A stretch of 48,919 bases of DNA, from positions 1 to 48,919 of IMG/VR virus record IMGVR_UViG_3300043406_000041; one strand, written 5' to 3'. Positions 44,658 through 48,919 of the stretch are shown here, in pieces. The position numbers and the translations under genes are program-made. The notes under the pieces were generated by a model that made no database searches, was not told where the DNA came from, and was given only the letters and a program-made list of their open reading frames with translations. Every line of letters starts with the position of its first letter. Positions within the stretch are counted from its first letter, which is position 1. The DNA comes from a virus. Its lineage: Duplodnaviria > Caudoviricetes.

Positions 44658-45386
44658 ATGATCGTGACGCCGTTCGGTCTCACGAGCGCGCACCGGGGCA
44701 CTGCCCTGGTCACGCCGTCGGTGGTTTCGGTGGCGCCGCTCAAGATCGACACGCCGGCCAACTGGACGACGCAAACCTTCAACTTCGCCAGCTCGACCGG
44801 GAACATCCTGGTCATGTTCCCGACTCGATCGGTCGACAGCAACCCCGCGGGCATCCTTTCGGTGACCTGGGACGGCGACGCCGTGACCGAAGTGCTCGAT
44901 GTCGAGATCGACGAGAACGGCGGGGCGATCGGCTGGGCTGGCTGGATTCGGGGCGGGAGCGCCGGTGCCACGGCGCGCGACCTGGTGATAACGGCGACGG
45001 AGGCTGATTTCCGCGACGTGATGGGCTGGGCGATCACGCTCGACCGGATGGCGGCCTCGCCGTTGGGCGATACGGTCGGCCACCCGGTGCGGGTGGTCCA
45101 GGCGGCGCATAGCGTGGTGTTCGATGTCGATGATGCGGGCTCACGCCTGTTCGGGCTGGTGGCGTCGATGGATAACCGGCTGCTGCCGTTCGGTCTGACG
45201 ACCGGCTGGACCTCGCTTGGCACGGACAAGACGGGTCTCGGCGGCGTCGCGGACATCGCGGCCATTCTCGGGACCAAGGTCGCGGGCGCTACCGGCGCGC
45301 AGACCATGACAGCGACCAGCATGGCCGCAGGCCCGCCGACGACGGATGATTGGGTTTCGCTCGGGATCGAGGTGCTGCCCGCATGA
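44658..45386 (+). CDS. Putative fibre tip or beta-rich adhesion protein
   Basis: Thr/Gly/Val-rich, beta-sandwich-like; follows the fibre gene. Confidence 0.55.
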   Translation: MIVTPFGLTSAHRGTALVTPSVVSVAPLKIDTPANWTTQTFNFASSTGNILVMFPTRSVDSNPAGILSVTWDGDAVTEVLDVEIDENGGAIGWAGWIRGGSAGATARDLVITATEADFRDVMGWAITLDRMAASPLGDTVGHPVRVVQAAHSVVFDVDDAGSRLFGLVASMDNRLLPFGLTTGWTSLGTDKTGLGGVADIAAILGTKVAGATGAQTMTATSMAAGPPTTDDWVSLGIEVLPA

Positions 45387-46981
45387 CAGTAGAACGCACG
45401 CCGTTGCTGCAAGTGATTGACGGGCCACTGGTTGAGCGGGCCTGGGATGATGACGACCGGGCGGTGGTGTTCGGATCCGACAAGGGCGCCGGGCTGGCGC
45501 CGTCCGGCGGCTACCTCCCCGCCGACGCCTCGACGGGGCAGGTCGCGCGGACGGTGGCGGCAGCCATAGGCGATTTCGCCAGTGTGAAGAACCTCGGCGC
45601 GGTCGGCGATGGCGTTACCGACGACTACGCGGCGCTGGCCGCTGCCGTCGCGCGCAGCGTCCCGCTCCACTTCCCGGCCGGGACGTACCTGATCAGCCAG
45701 GAGCTGAACATCACCAACTGCCCGTCGATCAGAGGCGACGGCAAGTCCTCGATCATCAAGGCCACCGCCGGGTTCAACGTCAATTCCGGCCCGAGCAGCG
45801 GCACGGCGGCGCTACTGCGGGCTGGCGGCTCCACCACCTTCGGGGACTGGTGGGATGAGGGCACCCTGGAGCACATCAAGCTCGATGGCAGCGGCCTCGC
45901 GATCTACGGCCTGAACGCGATCAACACGCGCTTCGCCAATCTGCACGGCGTGCGCGTGATCAACACCGCCCTCGCCGCGTTCTACGTCTGGGCCGGCTAC
46001 GGCATGCGCGCCTATGGCTGCTTCGCGCACAGCGGCAACTATCCGACTGCCGCCGATGATGTAGCCGCCTTGTGGATCAAGGGCTCGGATCATCGATTCA
46101 CCGGGTTCGAGGGCGTCAAGTACCCGATCGGCGTGCTGCTCGACAGCAACGCGGCCGGCTCGCACCTCTACGATGTCCATGTGTGGAGCACCTACACCTC
46201 GACCGACGTGGGCATGCGCCACGGCTTCCTGATCAAGGGCGAGGGCAACTCGCTGGTCAATTGTTTCGCGGATAGCCCGCGCCGCCTGACGGCCGGTTCT
46301 GCCAACAGTCTGGCCAATGGCGGCTATGGCTTCCACATGGTCACCAATGCGTTCAAATCACGTCTGATCTGCCCCATCGTCCAGATGAACAACACGGGCG
46401 ATGTTGCCCCGGCGACCGGGACAATTCAGCCGATCTATATTGCCAATGACAAGTGTATGGTGCTGTTCCACCAGTTTAAGAGCAGTCTCGGCGGTGTCGC
46501 GTTCGCCAGCCCGGACATCAGCTATCACGCGAGCGTCAGCTATCAGTCGGACGTTTTCGGCAGCAACAGCTTTGATCTGGGCAGTTTCCGCACGGCGTTC
46601 ACGCCGGTCCTGAACTTCGGCGGGGCGACGACTGGGATTACTTATGCCAACGCGGTGGGGTGGGTCTGGAAGATTTCCGGCGATCTGTTCCGGTTCTACC
46701 TGTTCATCAATCTCAGCTCCAAGGGTTCTGCAACCGGCACGGCAACGATCACGGGGCTTCCGCTGACAAGCAAGGATATCGACACCAACAGCGTGCAGCC
46801 GATGACCAGCGTCCACGTCGCCTCTCTCGGCGCGGCGACCAGCGTCTACGCGACCCTCGCCAACAACAGCAGCACGCTCACGCTGCGGTCGTTCACGACG
46901 CAGAGTGCTTTGACGGACACCACTTTCGGCAACTCGACCAAGATCAGCATTACCGGCGAGTTCCAGGACAACAGCCGGTGA
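45383..46981 (+). CDS. Tailspike-like depolymerase (Pectate_lyase_3 / right-handed beta-helix)
   Basis: SVKNLGAVGDGVTDDYAAL, LHFPAGTYLIS and IRGDG; C-terminal FTP.L...ITGLP module. Confidence 0.82.
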   Translation: MTVERTPLLQVIDGPLVERAWDDDDRAVVFGSDKGAGLAPSGGYLPADASTGQVARTVAAAIGDFASVKNLGAVGDGVTDDYAALAAAVARSVPLHFPAGTYLISQELNITNCPSIRGDGKSSIIKATAGFNVNSGPSSGTAALLRAGGSTTFGDWWDEGTLEHIKLDGSGLAIYGLNAINTRFANLHGVRVINTALAAFYVWAGYGMRAYGCFAHSGNYPTAADDVAALWIKGSDHRFTGFEGVKYPIGVLLDSNAAGSHLYDVHVWSTYTSTDVGMRHGFLIKGEGNSLVNCFADSPRRLTAGSANSLANGGYGFHMVTNAFKSRLICPIVQMNNTGDVAPATGTIQPIYIANDKCMVLFHQFKSSLGGVAFASPDISYHASVSYQSDVFGSNSFDLGSFRTAFTPVLNFGGATTGITYANAVGWVWKISGDLFRFYLFINLSSKGSATGTATITGLPLTSKDIDTNSVQPMTSVHVASLGAATSVYATLANNSSTLTLRSFTTQSALTDTTFGNSTKISITGEFQDNSR

Positions 46982-47283
46982 TGACCGACCCCAACGCCCA
47001 GCACCTGCTCGACCTCGACTGGCTGTCGGCGGACGAGCGCGGTCGCCGTCTGCTCTACCGCCTGATGCTTGAAACAGGGTTCACGAAGTATGCGGCGGTC
47101 GTCTCCGACCCGCACGCGGTCATGTTCAACGCCGGGCGCCAGAGCATCGCGGAGCCCTTCCTGCGGCCATTGTTAACGAGATGGCCCGATCGCCTAGCAT
47201 TGGCCCTGCGTGAAAATCAGCAGGCCACTGATGACCGAGCAGGCGACCACGGCGACGGAAACGAACGTCCCGACGACGACTGA
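46981..47283 (+). CDS. Bbp19-like protein
   Basis: DL.WL....RGRR.LY.L....G........MFNAGRQ; position before the scaffold gene. Confidence 0.75.
   Translation: MTDPNAQHLLDLDWLSADERGRRLLYRLMLETGFTKYAAVVSDPHAVMFNAGRQSIAEPFLRPLLTRWPDRLALALRENQQATDDRAGDHGDGNERPDDD
47166..47200 (+). promoter_or_regulatory. Putative late promoter, GCCATTGTTAAC-N17-TAGCAT
   Basis: Third copy of the motif, inside the Bbp19-like gene and upstream of scaffold and capsid. Confidence 0.65.
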
Positions 47284-47797
47284 GGCGCCTGCGCCGGCGC
47301 CCGTCGTCACGGAAGTTGCGTCGCCGGCCATTGATTACTCGGCCCTCACCCTTCCCGACAGCATCAGCGCCGAACTGCCACTGATCGCGGATATCCGCAA
47401 GATCGCGGCCGATCACAAGCTGCCGCTGGAAGCCGCACAGTCCCTTGTGGACGGCCTGGGGCGCGACGCCAAGGCGGCGGGCGAAGCTGCCGAGAAGGCG
47501 AGCGCCGCCGAATGGGCAACGACGCTGGCGGGCTGGCAGACGGAGCAGAAGGCGCATCCCGAGCTCGGCGGCCAGAACTACGACGCCAGCCGTGCCGCTG
47601 TCGCCACCTTCCTCGATACGGTCGGCGGGCCTGAGCTGCGGGCGTGGCTGAAAGAGACCAATGCCGGCGAGCACCCGCTGATGTTCGCCGCGATGGCGAA
47701 GGCCGGAAAGCTGCTGGGCGAAAGCCCGCTGCTGCGGACGAGCGGCGACGTGCCGATCAACCCGCTGCGCGCCCTTTACCCTACCATGTACAGTTGA
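47231..47797 (+). CDS. Capsid scaffolding/assembly protein
   Basis: Thr/Pro-rich N-terminus; HPELGG.NY, G.HP....M...GK.L.E and C-terminal LYP; directly before the major capsid gene. Confidence 0.75.
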   Translation: MTEQATTATETNVPTTTEAPAPAPVVTEVASPAIDYSALTLPDSISAELPLIADIRKIAADHKLPLEAAQSLVDGLGRDAKAAGEAAEKASAAEWATTLAGWQTEQKAHPELGGQNYDASRAAVATFLDTVGGPELRAWLKETNAGEHPLMFAAMAKAGKLLGESPLLRTSGDVPINPLRALYPTMYS

Positions 47798-47808
47798 GGG
47801 TCTAAGTC

Positions 47809-48822
47809 ATGGCTGCTCTTGGCACCACTCTCCCGACCCTCGCCGATCTGGCGAAGGCGATGGACCCGAACGGGCAGCCGGCGCAGGTCATCGAGCTGCT
47901 GAGCAAGCAGTACGAGATCAACGCTGACATCGGCTGGCAGGAGGGCAACCTGCCGACCGGGCACCGTACCACCCTGCGTGTGGCGCTGCCGACTGTCGGC
48001 TATCGCCGGTTCAACGAGGGTGTGGCTGCCAGCAAGTCGGCCCGGGCGCAAATCGAAGAGTCCTGCGCCATGATGGAAGCCTACAGCGAGGTCGACGCCC
48101 GCCTCGTGAAGCTGTGGGGCGGCGGCGACAAGGGCGCTGCATTCCGCCAGAGCGAGGATGTGGCCTTCCTCGAGGCCATGAACCAGCAGTTCTGCACCGA
48201 CCTGTTCACCGGCAACGTCACGACGGCGCCGGACCGCTTCAACGGGTTCGCGACCCGCTACAACGACGTGAACTATGGCGAGTCCAGCTCCACCGCCAAG
48301 GATGGCGCGGTGGTCGACTGCGGCGGCACGGGCTCGGACAACACCAGCATGTGGCTGGTCGGCTGGGGCTCGGACACGGTGCACGGGATCTACCCGAAGG
48401 GCACCGAGGCCGGCCTCAAGATGGTCGACCTGGGCGAGGACACCTCGAAGGACAGCAACGGCAACATGTACCAGGTGCTGCGGACGCACTTCACCTGGGA
48501 CGTGGGCCTGGTGGTGCGCGACTGGCGCTACGTCGTCCGCATGGCCAATATCGACGTGTCGAACCTGCTTGCCAACTCCTCGGCGGCCGACCTGCTCAAG
48601 CTCGCCGGCCGGGCGATGGACCGCGTCCCGAACCGCGGCAAGGCGAAGATGGCCTGGTACTGCAACCGGCTGGTCAAGAGCGTGCTGCGCGAGCAGGCCA
48701 AGTCGGCGGCGGCGTACACCATCACGCTCGATCAGGTCGAAGGCCGCGAGGTCGACCGGCTCTATGGCGCCCCTATCCGCATCGTCGATGCCCTGGGCAT
48801 CGCCGAGTCGCAGCTCACCTGA
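47809..48822 (+). CDS. Major capsid protein (Bbp17-like, HK97 fold)
   Basis: TLAD.AK..DP.G, EGN.PTGH.TT.R..LP, F.G.ATRY, GIYPKG..AGL and DWRYVVR.ANID. Confidence 0.95.
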   Translation: MAALGTTLPTLADLAKAMDPNGQPAQVIELLSKQYEINADIGWQEGNLPTGHRTTLRVALPTVGYRRFNEGVAASKSARAQIEESCAMMEAYSEVDARLVKLWGGGDKGAAFRQSEDVAFLEAMNQQFCTDLFTGNVTTAPDRFNGFATRYNDVNYGESSSTAKDGAVVDCGGTGSDNTSMWLVGWGSDTVHGIYPKGTEAGLKMVDLGEDTSKDSNGNMYQVLRTHFTWDVGLVVRDWRYVVRMANIDVSNLLANSSAADLLKLAGRAMDRVPNRGKAKMAWYCNRLVKSVLREQAKSAAAYTITLDQVEGREVDRLYGAPIRIVDALGIAESQLT

Positions 48823-48919
48823 GGACTGACCGATGCTCCGTGACGCGCAATTGATGCTTTCGGACGCGCAGGCCGTCACCACGGCGGCGGCGACCGCAAG
48901 CACGAATTACCTGGATACC
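48793..48919 (+). repeat. 127-bp terminal direct repeat (copy 2)
   Basis: Identical to 1-127. Confidence 0.95.

Larger units (their letters stand above)
1..48792. mobile_element. Complete temperate BPP-1-like podophage genome (excised, circular form)
   Basis: Head, tail, lysis, replication, immunity and integration modules are all present. attP is intact, the ends overlap, and there are no flanking host genes. Confidence 0.92.

Overview
The window is a complete, circularly assembled genome of a GC-rich temperate podophage. Positions 1-127 are repeated exactly at 48793-48919, so the unique length is 48,792 bp. The head and tail module is of the Bordetella BPP-1 type: TerS, TerL, portal, Bbp19-like, scaffold, major capsid, Bbp16-like, tail tubular A and B, then internal virion proteins. 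No reverse transcriptase/DGR and no DNA polymerase were found. An intact attP (3' half of tRNA-Leu(UAA), 11-bp arm repeats, IHF-like site) lies next to a tyrosine integrase and a putative excisionase, so this is the excised or virion form. Also present are a lambda-like cI/cro switch with GGGAC-N5-GTCCC operators, a RecE-like exonuclease with a Sak4-like ATPase, an SF2 helicase, a Toprim primase, and a VirE/VapE helicase followed by an iteron origin. A GapR-like gene points to an alphaproteobacterial host (inference). The most notable observations are: (1) a C5 methyltransferase split into two polypeptides, the second encoded wholly inside the first in the +1 frame with its own RBS; (2) a conserved GCCATTGTTAAC promoter motif resembling a CtrA half-site, found three times ahead of virion genes; (3) a phage nucleotidyltransferase in the early operon; (4) a multi-hairpin, switch-like RNA element plus terminator upstream of a lysis cassette displaced into the early region; (5) many putative glycan-binding or glycan-degrading virion proteins, including a GH26-like fibre, two beta-helix tailspikes and a nozzle with inserted lectin-like domains. 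All family assignments are from motif recognition by eye; no searches were run.
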